A stretch of DNA of 64,000 bases, taken from assembly GCA_027923505.1 (NCBI GenBank), contig BROI01000016.1:496001-560000 (forward strand), in the 5' to 3' direction. The position numbers were made by a program, and so were the translations under genes. Shown here one piece after another: positions 36,168-50,375 of this stretch; the first letter of the stretch is position 1; every line of letters starts with the position of its first letter. The stretch comes from Mayamaea pseudoterrestris. Lineage: Eukaryota. The notes beneath the pieces are model-generated. The model saw nothing but the letters and a program-made list of their open reading frames with translations. It did not search any database and was not told where the DNA came from.

Positions 36168-38054
36168 ATGCGCATCTGTACTCATCTCTTACTGGCATTG
36201 TTAGTTGTTTCAAGCCAATTTTGTGAAACTTGCGATGCATTCAGTGTCAGCGCCTTTGGGCGTGCACATGGTAATCGCAACGTTTTGGACTTATTCGACA
36301 AGCATTACCATCGGAAGAGTAGATTTAAACATGGGCGCTTGCGTCGTTGTTTAAGTCTCGCATGTGGCAACAATAATGATGATGATTATGATGGTGGCGA
36401 AGACGAATCGATGCGGACCAATGCGAACGCTTCTACCTCGACGCAACATGACAACCACGATGGATTGCTTAGCGCTATCAAACACAGAGTATCGTCTTTG
36501 CTCGACTCGAAGAAGCATATGCGACATTCGCGGCAGCATTCAGACGACGATGGTGCGCAGACTGGCCTTGACAAGCTCGGACGAGCTTTACAAAACATTC
36601 TGCACAATGGCCGAGACGAGGAGAGCGAGTATAGCCACTCCGCAGTTACTTCGCCACTGGATGACGGCATGGAAAGCATTGTCGCGACCTTTCGGGAAAG
36701 TACGGAGCAAGGTCAGCTGGAAGACACGGCGACGTTTGCTGAAATTTTCGCCATTTTCGACGAGTACGGAGAGCTACTCCAGTCAACATGGGCCCGCTTT
36801 GTGGGTAGCATTGGGCATGACACGAAGGTATCACCGGCTGCGCTATGGTACTATTTGGAACACGAGGATGAGCGCAAAAACCCAAGCTGGAAGCGCCGCG
36901 TTCATCGCTACCAACCAACGGTGATTGGTGAAAACTTGAGCGAGCTCAACGAAATACTTGGCTTGGCCCAGTTGACGTATTTGGATACTGCCGATGAAGT
37001 CCAACAAGGTTTACAAAAGGCTGGTTATGACCTCGTCTACATCGATCTCGTTAGTGAACCAGGGCGACCAGCTCACTTTATTGGTGTCCAAACCAGTTTG
37101 TCAGAATCTTCCAGGATCAACGACGATGAACTTGCCGTTTTGATGGGCATTCGAGGAACAAAGACTGTTGCCGACACAGTCACGGATCTTCTATGCGAGG
37201 CCACCGACTACAAAGGAGGCAAAGCGCATGGCTATTTGTTGAATAGTGCCAAGTACTTGGTTGACAAGCATCTCCCGCTAATGACGGATCTGATGCAGCA
37301 AGCTGGAAAGTCGCGAATCGTCCTCATTTTGACGGGACACTCACTCGGAGCCGGCATTGCTGCGATTGCCAGCATTGAATTCAACAACCACAAGGATGTT
37401 TATGCGTACGCATACGGCTTTGGGACACCGCCGACACTGACACTCGACCTTGCACAGGAGGCAAAGGCTTTCATCACGACTGTCATTAGTGACGCAGACA
37501 TTATCCCTCGGCTGAGCACAAGTTCAATGGCCAATCTGATTTTGAGTGTCAGCAGATTCAACTGGAAGGAATATGCCGCCCGGGACATCAATCATGCACT
37601 GGGAGTTCTACATCTGCGACATCCGTTGCTTTTCAACGATCAGGTCGTCGTTGCTATTTCAACGGCAGCCCAAAAGCTACTCAGGATTGGCGCCATTACA
37701 AATCAGACAGAGACTGAGGATTCGCAGCTGTTGGAAATTGAACTCTACCCGCCTGGACGATGCGTCCATTTCTATCGCGACGGCAAAGGACTTTCGTCCT
37801 CGGTTGTCCCGAACGAGTTCTTCAGCGAGATTGACGTGAGTCGAAGCATGATCACAGGTGCGTTTAAGCTCTGCAGCTTTGAACTGCAAGCTTGCCGCAA
37901 TCTTGCTGTCTAACATTTAATTTATCTACTACCCCGCTGCATGCATACAGACCATTTATTTGACACTGGCTATCAATGGTGCATGCTCGAGCTGGTTCGT
38001 GAGCGACTCGGCGATCGCCATTTTAGATTCGAAAAGGGTGACTACGTCGAGTAG
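36168..38054 (+). CDS. Class 3 lipase (DAG-lipase-like), with signal peptide / possible plastid presequence
   Basis: IRGT, GKAHG, TGHSLGAG and DIIPRLS. Intron 37858-37950 yields MITDHL (catalytic His). N-terminal signal peptide ends ...CDAF. Confidence 0.9.
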
Positions 38055-38103
38055 GCATTGGAAACGACAAACAGGTTTACGATTGCTATTTCTCGTGTAA
38101 TTA

Positions 38104-39057
38104 CTATTGCCGAGCGTTCGTCCATCCCCAAACAACAGTCTCTGGCGAGTAAACAGTCGTTTGGAACGATTCACGAGCAAACAACAAATCCATGTATGCC
38201 TGCAGGCGAGGGTATTGCTTCGGAATATCAACGCTTGTTGAACCAGACTTGAACGCATCTAATCCAACCGTCATGTGGTAAAGCTTTGGCGCCAAGTTCA
38301 AATCCACAACCGTGACTTGGTCGCCCACCAAGTATGGGTTGTGTTCCGTCAAATGATCCTCCAGCTTTGTCAGTTGCTCCACAAGAATTGTTTCAAGTTC
38401 CTTGTCGGCAGTGTCGCCATCGGGTGTATGCTTGAAATACTTCGCCAGCGCCGGGAAGAAGCCTTCCACAACTGCTTCAGCTTGTTCCTGCAAGGCCGTT
38501 TGCGACGACTTTAGTGGCGGCTCTGGAAAAAAGAAGTCGACATAGTCGCACATGACTGCCGACTCCACGTAGGCATCCTTGCGATGCCGCAGTGCCGGCA
38601 GCTTGCCCGAATAATGATCCACGAGCCACTGCGGTTTGGATTCAGCTGTCGCTGGCTGCACTTGGTAGTCGAGCTTTTTTTCCTCCAACACTAGTCGGAC
38701 GGAATGTGCAAATGGGCAGTCGCCAATGCTGGAGGGACCGTCGGGACCGGCTTTGACGTATAAAATCATTCCTCCTTCTGTAAATGTTGTGAAAATGTGT
38801 GAGTACGTGATTGGGCATGTCAATGAACATGAAAAGGGGACCAGTTACGACATACCTAGTGGAGTAGCACTCTCAGATCTAGTTTCTAGTCCTCTGTTTC
38901 TTCCCATCATGAGAGCAGTCGATTGATTGGATATATGTCGCAGTGATGTTTGCCTTGCTTGCAAATCGTTTGTTCTGTGGTGGATTGGAGATTGAAAAGC
39001 TAGCGAACTGAATGATAATATGAGTAGCAATATGAAGCTAATCCAATAGGATGCCAT
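38104..39057 (-). CDS. DHAR: Dehydroascorbate reductase (GST/CLIC family), plastid-targeted
   Basis: LYVKAG...GDCPF, KPQWL, GKLP, LAPKLYH and VVWGW. Exon 1 (39057-38856) has a signal peptide ending SLA-FQSP; intron 38778-38855. Confidence 0.9.
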
Positions 39058-39348
39058 GTCAATTGTCGGTGTAGAAGATCGCAGCGGAATAGATAGGATT
39101 GCTCTTCAAATGCGAGCGTCGGCTTTACTTCTGCGAAAGAAAAATCTCATGGTCGTCGTGATGGCTCGACAAGTTTCGCTGCGACATCAAGCAGTCACTA
39201 TGCGACGCATGCTAATTTATGTTCACATTGCATCATTACCTTGGGGATCGAACGATACATCGCCCTTTATTGTATATGTTGTTGAGCACGACAACAGAAT
39301 ATATAAAACAAGTCTGATTTATGTATGTTACACTTAACGCATCTGCTT

Positions 39349-40390
39349 TTAACTGCAATTCTTGGCCCAAAGGGAGTCAACTTCTGCGGCATATGCATTT
39401 TTATCACCACTCGTCTTTAGAAACTTCTTTTTGCAGGCCCCCGTCATGAGTTTCTTGACACATTTTGCCTGTTCACCGCAGCTGCAGCGAAACTTTTTGA
39501 ATCGCCTGTCCAAACAACCTTGCACGTCATATTTTGGCTGGCAAAAGCCGCCAACCTTGCTTGGATCGCCGGCCAATGGACAGCTCGTTCCTTCCAACAT
39601 GGCAATCGTCGTTGGTGTTCTACCTTCGCAGTTTTTGGCTTGCAACTGTTGGTCCAGAAAATTCAGATTCTGTTTGTACGATACTGCGTCCATGAACATG
39701 AAATCGATCTGACAGACATTCGAAAAGTCCCAACTCGACAAGTCACCGTTGAAGCTTGCCGCTGCATTAAAGGTTCCGGAGAAGCTTTTCGCGCTAGACG
39801 TGTTCCACTTGGAAAGGCTTTGCGCAAAAGCTGTGGCGCCAATGAACATGGTATCAAAGTTTTGGACTTGGCTCGTATCCCAGTCACCGATGGACGGCTG
39901 ATTGAAGCTTGCAGCGTGTCCAAACATTGCGTTGAATGATTGAGCTTTTGAAGTATCCCAAAGGAGCGGTTCATTAAAAGTCTGTGCGTCGATTGAAAGA
40001 ATGAATGGAGGATGAGCATAATGCAAACTTTTAACAAGGCAAAAAACGACGACCCTCCAAAACCGACGACCGACGACGTACCTCCAATCCGTAAAAGGTT
40101 GCATAAAAGTCAGTCACTTCTCCAGTGCACCAGGTTGAAATGCTGCTTCCATAGTACTTTTTCACTTGCTTGTAGCCTCGCGCCGCCTTTGGGAGGCTGC
40201 GACTGCTGCAAAACGTCGGGTCTTGCGAAACGTAGCAACGCACGGCCGCGTAAAGTTCACCTTCGTAGCCCTGCGGCAAACCATGCGTGTTGAAGACTGC
40301 CTGATCGACGCCACACTCTGCATTCGCCGTCGCTAACAACGACGCGACAATAAAGGTTGCGGCAAGCGAGCGATGAAGGAGACTCGGCAT
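39349..40390 (-). CDS. Secreted DUF285 / BspA-like repeat protein
   Basis: Signal peptide and YGSSISTWCT cap. ~25-aa repeats FNxxxxxWDTSxxxxFxxMFxxA. Intron 39982-40081. Cys/Lys-rich tail. Confidence 0.85.
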
Positions 40391-41789
40391 GATTTGAATT
40401 TTGTGTGCGAGACAAAACGGTGCAAAAGTTGGCAAAGGTTTGGAACTTGACAGTTCTCTTTCGTGCTCATACGGGTCATGGGCTGTTGCTAGACGGGCCA
40501 AACACGCCGAGTTGGGTCATATTCAAACTTCAGGCAATAATAAATATGTCGAGATATCATCTCAAATGACCCATACTGATACGGCCTCTTTCACTGGACT
40601 GGCATAATGTCTGTCGACACTATAGCCTATGCAGGATCGACACATGGTGAATCGTGACTGACGCGACAAGAAAAAATTGAGCTCGCCTTTTGCTCGTATT
40701 ATACAACTCCGGCTACCTCTTCAACTACTGTTCAATTTGGAGCGCATGATGCGGCCTCGTCGCATGCCTCATCATGCAGCAAGAATATAAATGGGCCAAA
40801 TTAATCTTCTCCATGGCTCAGCGTGTACCTGAAAAGAAGCCATGGACAATTAAACCACCACCATTGGAATGGATGGACCTATACTGATGTGGTGCTTTGC
40901 TTGGAGTCAGTCTTGGACATAACTACCGGTACATATTATAGTCAAGTTCGATGACTGTCGCGACAAGTGACAGTGAGTGTAGCTGACCAAACGTTTCCTT
41001 TGGCACTCTGCTTGGCATTTCACTGGGCGTGACACACAAAAAGCAAACGCACTCTGACACGCGTGTGTCACCATGGTCGCTGACGTCGTTGGTTGTGATG
41101 TCACGTTGCGATTTTTCGACCACCGACCAAGCTGCTTCAACGTTTTTCTCTCCCTCTGGAAGAATGCGATTTTGATGGCAACATTCAAGTCGTACTACTC
41201 GATACTCTACTTGTTAAGCAGTTGTAAACATACATAGACAATCAGACTATAATCGGGGAGCTATAGCTGCACGACAAGGTGACAACAATACACGAGGCGA
41301 GCGACGACGACGAAAACCTACACGTGTTGCCTCCTTCCAATCTTCTCCACGAATAAAAAAAGTGACGGAGTCGAAGACGTACCAGCAGGTCGAGACTATA
41401 AATCATTTAAAAAGCTAAAAAGAGTCGCATTCACCTGCTTCCTTGCTGCCTTCGTTAAAAAGTCACACCTTTTCGCTTGGTGGGAAGAGTCTTTGTCGGC
41501 AGCAGGATCAAGGACGAACAATCTACTGCCGCGCATTGATACATAGCCAAATATAGGGTACAGCCTCTTGCGAGCGACTATATCGTCCGGCGTACTTGAG
41601 TCGTCTGGGAGCAATTTGCAGCGATCCATCTGCTCGATTTTGATTTGCGCGAGACGAAAGGCATTTTTAGCTATACTCTGCTCTGCTGCTAGCTGCCATA
41701 CACTTGCATATTATTTCCTAGGCTACATACACTTGACAGACTCATATCAATCAGCAATCATCTACTAAAATTCAAACAATAATATCAAC

Positions 41790-44683
41790 ATGGGATCACG
41801 ATCGTCTCGCTTCTTTGTCGTTCTGCTGCACTTGGTGGGAGTGTCACGCTTTCGACCCTACCGACCCTCCCATCGCGGCTTGGTCTTTGGAACTAGTATA
41901 ATACAAACGACGCAGCAAAAGACATCATCATCATCATTAGCCATAACATCAGTACAAGACGACGACGATCACAATGATTCCGTTTGGATACAAGATTTGC
42001 AGTCGCGCGACTGCTTGGGACCATTCGGATGGTCCGACTGCGGCGACGCCACGCAGTGGACCATGCGGCACGTGGTTCCGGCGCCGCCGCATCGACTGCG
42101 CATGGGTTTGTTTGGCGTCAAGCTGGCCGAGCAGCGGAAGCGAAGTCTTCAGGCGGGGTGGAGAATATGCTTGTTGGAACGTCATGATGATGAAAGAGAA
42201 ACTAGTAGTACTAATTCGCAAGCATCGCGGCGGCGGCAAAGGAAAACAAGGTCACCACAACAACAATCCTGTTTGGCAGTTTATTCCAAGAGCAGCAGCC
42301 AAGTAGTACTGGAGGAGAAGCAATGGAAGCGAAACCAAATGGAGGCGCTTTGGAGAATGGATCCGAATCACAATAGCTTGCAGTCTCTGGGAGCGGCTCC
42401 GGAAACTGCAGCTCAGCAGTGCTTGTATCGACCAATGCAAAAGTCACAAGGATCATCATCGCTGGGTTTGACCATAGGTTCGTGTGATGAACCGAACGAT
42501 CAGAACCAAAGAAAGGTCAACGTATCGCTGATACGATACAGAGCTGTCGCAATACTTTCAGAGGAACTAAGTGATGCCTCTACTACAATGCAACCGATAC
42601 TACCCGAGGTTGCTACTGCATCACCACAAACTATTGAGCGACAACCCAGGACGCAACATTTTGCGTCACATCATGCACATTCATTTCCAACGAGGGCTCC
42701 CTCATTGGCGCCGCGACCAGTTTTGTCGTCGTCGTCTTCTCCACCTGCCCTGAGGAACCATCGCAACCAGGCTCATGCTGCTGCTGCAAGTGCCATTGAG
42801 CCGCACAATGTACTTCCATATTTGAACAAGAATACACATGGTCAAGTTCACCAGGCGTTACTGAAAGGCTCCAATCCAATTCTACTGACGAATCGTATCA
42901 ATCGGCAAATGATGGACATTGGAAGCAAGAAACGACAATCATCCTTGCCGCAGCGAAGCTCCTCATCGTCGCCATCCGCCGGCATTAAATCGCGAAGCAA
43001 AATTGAGATTCATCCGTATTTTCAAGCTGCCAAGCATGAAATATGGAAGGATCCATCGACTGGACTTGAGTTTGCGACAGATTTGACGACGCAGTTAAAC
43101 AGAAGTCGGCAGGAGCATGGGCGACACTCGCTCATGGGTGTCGGCCAGTACGTCAAGGGCTTTGTCATCAAGGTGTATGGAATTGCCTTCTATGTGAGCA
43201 AGCGCGACGCCTTGGCAGACGCTGCGTTGGAACCCTTTGCCGGTCTCAGTGCCGATGAACTTCGACAGCGGCCCGACTTTTACCAAGTGTTACGAACCAT
43301 GGGAGCAACTAGTAACAACTTTGAACGGACGCTGGTGCTAAAAACTAACATGCAGCTGTCGGCAGATACAATGAGAAGCTCACTTCATGCCGACTGGAGC
43401 CAGTTGACGGATGAAATGAAGGACATGCTGCTCAATTCGAGTATGGAACCTCGGCCTGCTGACAAGAAAATGCTCGAGTGGGTTCAGAGCTCGGAAAACC
43501 CGAGTCGATGCTCGTGCTCGTCCGTAGCACCGCCGGAATACAATGCCGACCCAAACTGCTGCGCCAGAGGTACCGAGCTGGCATTTACATGGCTCAAGTC
43601 TGGAGATTTGGAGGTTCGTTACCGTTTTTTATGTTGAATCGGCAGTTCACGACAATACCTCACACGCTTTTCCTTCCACCATCGTAGGTCCGCATGAATG
43701 GTCACATTATGGATACATTTCCGAACAAAGACATGGCTGAGGGTATATTTTACGAATACTTGCGAATGGACGATCCAATTTCTACCGACTTCCTTAATCG
43801 AGTTGTCGACGGCTTTCCATTTCTTCTCGCTCCACTGGCCCAAGTACGAGGCGTACACCTGGGCTATGGTCAAGGAGCTAGCAAGAGCCAGGGTAACGCA
43901 ATCACCAAATTGCTGTTTGGAATGCTTGATACGATGCAATCCGGCGCGTCGACTGCTGCAGGCATGATACATTCCACCGTTGCCCCCGTCGTGGCCCATG
44001 CCAATCACGCCACTAAAACGTTACAAGACGCAGCTAAGGCATCGTACAAGGAACTTGGAGTGCATAAAGATATTCTCGTTGATTCGTTTATCTCCTTTCC
44101 GAAATTTGTCATGGGCATCGTTTCGGGCGAAAACGGTGCCCCAATTCTGGACTCGGTGACTGAATGGGTAACGGCAAACATCACACCAACGCATGAGGAA
44201 CTTCAAGTCGTAAGGCGCGATTCGCTTGGTCGCGCGTTTGGCTACCCATTATCACGGTGGTTTAGTGATGTATACCAAGCACCGGATGAAATTGGGCCGA
44301 TGAAGGTAGACCCGACCATGAACACGACGCGAAGGATATTCCTCGCCTTTGTCCACATTTACCTGCTACTGCTATTCATCGTTAGCTTTCCAGGATCTTA
44401 TAGTAATCGAACGCGGTTAATTGTTCGAAACAACTTGGTTCAACTGGATCGAGCAGACAATGGCTCGCTAAGTAGTACCGATGAATCAGAAACGGCCGAG
44501 AAGGAGTTTGGAGATGTATCGGACTTGCATTTTGATTGTAACGACGACGAGCAGTCGATCCAAATGCGAGGTTCTAAACGGCAGCTGCCTCGCTCGAGAC
44601 GAACACTGCGACCAACCAATGCACAAGAGCATTGCGAAGAGGGAAGCCGACTAAAAAAGAAGAGCCTCAGCTACTTTCTGTAG
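41790..44683 (+). CDS. Multidomain protein with chalcone-isomerase-like fold domain and C-terminal TM segment
   Basis: LMGVGQYVKGFVIKVYGIAFYV resembles the CHI-fold/FAP family. Intron 43614-43687 (GTTCGT...TAG) is in frame. TM segment IFLAFVHIYLLLLFIVSF. Confidence 0.7.
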
Positions 44684-44969
44684 CAGTAGGCGGCACCTCA
44701 TTACTTTTACATGTTTCCATGCACATCACGATAGAGCTACGCACGCAAAATACATTACATGAGAATCTAGATATCCAGCAAGTGCACAGAACGGATCACA
44801 TTTTATACCACGCTACTGTATTGATAAAGTAAAACGATTTATCTCTTACTATTTGCAATGTTGTCTCCGTCAATGTACTACTTATCATCCCATGGCAGTC
44901 ATAGCCTCTTCGCATTAAAGCTTACGATGTAGAAACATACTTTGCAATCGTCTAGCGATTTTTGACATT

Positions 44970-47171
44970 TTACTCAATCTTTTCAAGCGCCCAAGCACAT
45001 GCTGCTCGACAATCCGTATCCTCCTCTTCCGCCATTCGCTTCTCCAGCGCCGGTCGCACCTGCGCTTGGATCATGTCCGCGTCTCCATCCGCCATGACAA
45101 CCTTTCCAAGCCCCTTGGCCGACACCATACGAACATTTGGCACCTTGTCATTCAAGGCGCGCGTAATTTGTAACACTGCCTCTTGCCACAGCTCACCTGA
45201 TTTGCACTGACAAGCCACTTCCACGTGCGCCATGATAATCGTGTTGCGAATCAAATACGAGTTTGTTTGCTGATACAAGGAAATGTGTTGCGGTAGCATG
45301 CTACTCAAGACCCATTCATCGCCAGATACCTTGACAAGTAGTTGCATTCCATGTACCACGGCCGCGCGGACACTAGCCACTGGATCGAGCAGCAGCGGCA
45401 TCCATACCGACTCGAGTAACATGGATTGGAACCACTCCGTGCCTCGCGCCTCGGCCAAATGGGGCAGCAACCTGGCAATCGATTCGCGGACCCGCCAATT
45501 ACTCGCCTTGGTCATGCGCAGCAGACTCGACACGACATTCGTCAAGCCAGGAAGCAAGTGCGACACCTTGTGCAAGTTTGTCAGCACTTGCAGTTGCACT
45601 TCATGAAACTCATCCTGCAAAAACGCATCCAATAGTGGCTCAAACGCTTGTAGAACAACTGCATCCTCCAGCGTCCCCGATTCCGCCGCCTCCATGAGTC
45701 CCAACGCACACTTGCTTCGCACTTCCATGACTGGATCATCCGCCAAGGCTGGCAGCAGTGGTTGCAAGTGCGTCTGAAACTGCGCTGGTCCACCCCAAAA
45801 CAGCATGCGCGCCAAGTGTGCGACCGCCGCCGCGCGCACATCCGCCTCGGCGTCGGTGAGTAGCGTGGCGAAGCATGCCATGACGAGCGACTGCTCATTG
45901 ACGTAGCGCGCGTCGTGTTGAATGCCCAGGTTGGTGGCCACGACGGAAAATGTCTTGGCCAAATCGTTGCGGACGCGCCTGGAGAAAAGAGGCGAGTGAA
46001 GGTGCAAATATGTGAGATGAGCAGCGAGTAAAATAGAAGCACTGGCTAATATTCACCCCACGCAAGCATCCATGTACAACAGCAATAATTGCACATACCA
46101 ACTCATATCCGTACTTCCATCCTTGACCAACGGCAACCAATGCTGCACCGTCCACTCCGGTTGCTTGGCTCCAAACTCGTCTCCAACATGCGCCAAGCAC
46201 GAGACTGCCAGCTTGCGCACCGAGTCTTGCTCATCCTGCACCAGCGCCGGTAGCGCCGGCCGTATCAGCTCCACGTAGCGAATACCAGCAGCGCATATGA
46301 CCTTGCCCAAGTCCTTGGCCGCGCCTCGTCGCACCATGGGCGCGTCGTCCATACACAAGTCTTTGAAGACGTGCAAGAGTTCCTCCATAATGGCGTCCGT
46401 CTTTGTAGTGGTGGTGTTTGTAGATGGCGCTTTATCATTGTCGTCGTCATGAGCCGCACTATTCACCAAACGAAGCAAGGCGCTCGCCATGCCGCAGGCG
46501 CTCACCTTGGAGGTGAACCATTCGGCGTTGACCAGTCGCTTCCACGTGGCGACAAAGGGACTGACAATGGTCGACTGCCAGGCGGAAACGGAATCGTCGT
46601 CGTCTGCAGTGGCATGTTTCATTTGATGCTGCAGCTCCACGTCGCTCACCAATCCGTCGCACAGTTGCACAAAAACCACCACCGCTTGGTCCCGCACCAC
46701 CGTCTCCTCGACGCTCGCCAGTTTCTCCATCAAGTCGAGTAATTTCGGATAATACTGGCGCGGCACCAGCTTGGGAAACGTCAAAATGCGCGACAGCTCC
46801 TGTCCCAACAATAGCAGCAGTTCGTCCGCCGGCATGGGCTTGTCCGGCTGATCGGAATGCGGCGGCGTGACAAACTGCGTCAAGTATGGAATCAATTGAT
46901 TCACGACTTGGTTATTGTCTGGATCATCCGATGCAGTAGTAGTTTCAGTATTCCACATGAGCGACTGCGCCACAATCACCAAGCGATGCATGGCGTCAAC
47001 GCTCGCCTCCAAGCTGTTGGATTCGAGCTGCAGGCAAAAGAGCTGCAGCGGCGTTTGCAGTGCCACATCTTGCACGGACAGTTTCATGAGGCTGCGCGCC
47101 AACGGAAGGCTCGCGGCTGGAAGTGTGCTAATCATGTTGGGCGGCAAGGTGGGCGTTACTGGTAGTGACAT
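44970..47171 (-). CDS. PP2AA: Protein phosphatase 2A scaffold (A/65-kDa) subunit, HEAT repeats
   Basis: VEETVVRDQAV, WFTSKVSACG, DDAPMVRR, DEQDSVR, SWRVR (restored by intron 45979-46098), NWRVR and DKVPNVR. Confidence 0.92.
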
Positions 47172-47675
47172 GGTTGCGGCGGCGGCTGCTGCTTGGTGAA
47201 ATTTATAATAATTCGGCTCAATTTTGACTTGCTTACTGTCAGCAGTAGTATATATATTCGCTTTGTATAAAGTTCTCTTAGTAGCAAGAAGGCAAAAAGG
47301 GGAGCGGACAATTTGTAGTTTCAAGGCAGCAAAACGGTCCTTCGGCTGCAATCTTCCTTGTGTGTGTGTGGCTGCGTTGCGGAGCGAGCTCATTCGCAAG
47401 TTTGGATATGGCGTCTGTGCTTTGCGCGCGTAAATATCGTAGCGGTACTTCAACAGAGTCGGAACGGTACTCACACGGCATTGTACAGCTGCCGCCGGCT
47501 CGGCTGGCTCGCTCGCGTCCATCCTCTAACGAGCGTGCCGGCCACTCCACATTTTCTTGCACCATTTTTTGCTTCCAACGCCAGCTTGAGACTCGGGATT
47601 AAACGGGCCGTCTGGTCATGAACATATGTAGCTATCAGCAGTGACAGAATTGCTCTTTTTGTATTCGAAAGTCAA

Positions 47676-49002
47676 ATGAAGAACCAGCGTCAAGAGTCGT
47701 CTGCTTCAAACAGCTACTTGTCACGCCTCCTTTGGCTGGCACTGTCAGCGACAGCACTTGGATCCGTTTGCTTCTTGCAGCGTTACAACGAAGCGCAGTC
47801 CTTCATCCATCAGAGCGCAAATCTCCTGAGTCTGCAGGGAGGTGCTGTTCGTCGGGCAGCGTCAGTCTCACTAAGTTACGCAGCGTCTAATTCAGCTGTC
47901 GACACTTTCATGCCGTTTCCCTACGCCGACTCCATTTCCTGCGAGACGATTGACACTCGCGTTCTCGACGGCACTTACTCGGATCCAAACAATGGAAAGT
48001 ACAATATACGACAAGTCATTGATCGGCCTATCTTCAAAATGAGCATGCACAACCGCGAATACGATCACATGCGATACGATACCATATTTACGAATGGACG
48101 ATACTATGAGTACAAGGTGAAGAAACGGTTCGACCTTATTCTTTCGAAAGCGCGGTCGTCAGCTACTCGATCCATTGTCCTTGACGTTGGAGCAAACATT
48201 GGCTACTATACAATGTTGGCGGCAGCCCATGGTCATGACGTAGTTTCGTTTGAAATTAATCCAGGTAAGTGACGCAAGGTGCATTGTCGACCAGTCATCA
48301 ACAAATACACAGATCACCGACTCACGCTCATGCTGCATCGTTGCTCCAACCCACCCAATGCCATATCCAGCCAATTTGATTCGACTTTGCGAATCGCTAT
48401 CCATCAATCGATTCGACCACAGGGTGGCCATCTACCAGCGAGGCGTCAGCTCCGTGACCGACCAGCCGCTCCGCGTCGTCATTCCTGCCCGCAACCCTGG
48501 CCAAGCTCGCATGGAACAACATAACGCGACGACTACAAACGGCCGCAAAATGTACACGACGGAAACGACAACCATTACGCTCGATCGCTTCGCGCACGAC
48601 CACGGCTGGTTTGACCATTTGCAACAACAATCTCCTCCAAAAGTGACTATTCCACTGCTGAAACTTGACGTGGAAGGCCACGAGCCTCACATTATATCTG
48701 GCTCCAAGCAACTCCTATGCTCCGGCTTGGTCGAAAACGTCTTGCTCGAGTTCAATCGCATGCAGGAACCAAACTCGCAAACCGCCATTAGCATTTTGCT
48801 AGAGTGCGGATATGTTGTTGTTCATCACGAACATAATGTTGTGACAAGAAAAACTAGAGCCGAAACGAACGCATACTTGATGGAGATTCACGAGTGGCGG
48901 CAACGGACGAAACAAAACATTGACCTATGGTTCCAGCTCGCGGAGGCAGGCAAAAGTGATGAGCGACATCAAGCAGTTGACTCTGCCGTGATTGCTGCAT
49001 AG
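47676..49002 (+). CDS. FkbM-family SAM-dependent methyltransferase, type II membrane
   Basis: LDVGANIGYY, SFEINP and LKLDVEGHE. Intron 48265-48370. N-terminal signal anchor. Confidence 0.9.
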
Positions 49003-49223
49003 TTTCAGAGTTTAATTAGTTACAATCAGTTTATTTCTAATTTGCTTGGGTTGGACGAAGCTAAATTCTGGTTCTACCGGTAGTCAAGGTGGACCGCGGT
49101 AGAGTGCAATAGCAAGATGTCGATAGTGAGAAGTCGCACCGGCATACAATCGAGTCGTCGCGATTCATCCGATTTCACCACCACCAAAACGATTCGTTTT
49201 GTCATGATGAACACTTTGTGAAC

Positions 49224-50375
49224 ATGTCGCTCGACAACGGAGACCATCAGCAGCACCAAACTCCTTTACGTACATTAACGGAGGATGTCAACTCTTGGAA
49301 CAAGGCAAGCTTGCTGAGTGTTTCGCAAATCACCGCCGGTGGTTTGCAGCTACTCTTCCAACGTTCGCGCGAGATGCGTCGACTCGTGCGCGAAAACGGC
49401 GGCGGAAACCATCTGCTGCAGCACAAGCTATTGGCCAGTGTCTTTTACGAGGCATCCACGCGCACGGCATGCAGCTTCCAGTCCGCCATGATGCGACTGG
49501 GTGGCAACTATTTGCATGTGGAAGGTCACTACGGCGGAAACTCGTCGGCGGCCAAAAAGGGGGAGTCGCTGGAAGATACCATCAAATGTTTGGAATGCTA
49601 CGTGGACGTGACGGTGCTGCGGCATCCAGTCCAAGGAAGCGTGGAAGCAGTCATTCACATGGCGAATAAGCCGGTGATTAACGCTGGTGATGGTGTGGGA
49701 GAGCATCCGACGCAGGTATTTTTGTGCTTTTGTTTGCATTATATACTGGAGTATAAACTTTTGTGATTGTCACTCATCTCAACAATTTGGTTCTCATTTT
49801 GTTCTCACTGTTACTCATTTCATATGTAGGCACTTTTGGACGTGTTTACCATTTACGACGAGCTAAAAATGCACGAGGCCGAGCAGAAACGATCCCATTT
49901 GGTCGTTGTTATCTTGGGCGATTTGAAACACGGGCGCACCGTTCATTCCCTGGCCAAGCTCCTCTGCACGTCCAACATTTGGCAGGAGTCGCTGACGCTT
50001 CGTTACTGCTCACCCGATGGCTTGGAAATGCCGCCGTACGTGCAGCACGACTGCGCGCAACACGAACACGTGCAGCAGGAAACCATCCATCACCTTCGCA
50101 CCGCCATTGAAGGTGCGGATGTTTTGTATGTCACGCGCATACAGCGGGAGCGGTTCGACAACTTGGACGACTACGAAAAAGCGAATGGTTCCTACGTGGT
50201 GGACGCGTCACTCATGGAGAATGCGCCAGCGGAAATGGTCGTTTTGCATCCATTGCCCCGGGTGAACGAAATTACGACCGAGGTGGATGCGGATCCGCGA
50301 GCAGCCTACTTTCGGCAAATGGAAAACGGAATGTTTGTGCGTATGGCTCTGCTGTCTCTCATATTAGGAGTGTAA
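49224..50375 (+). CDS. pyrB: Aspartate carbamoyltransferase (stand-alone)
   Basis: FYEASTRT, KKGESLEDT, NAGDGVGEHPTQ|ALLD (intron 49716-49829), GDLKHGRTVHSL, RIQRERF and HPLPRVNEI. Confidence 0.96.

Noticed and set aside
41055..41070. Small hairpin tgacac-gcgt-gtgtca in a long intergenic region
   Set aside because: A 6-bp stem is expected by chance, and there is no supporting context.
47172..47522. N-terminal extension of the PP2A-A ORF
   Set aside because: The sequence reads like promoter/UTR. The ATG at 47171 has a better context and precedes the conserved region.
49224..50375. Stand-alone ATCase as a split CAD gene
   Set aside because: Monofunctional ATCases are common outside animals and fungi, and there are no adjacent CPS/DHO fragments.
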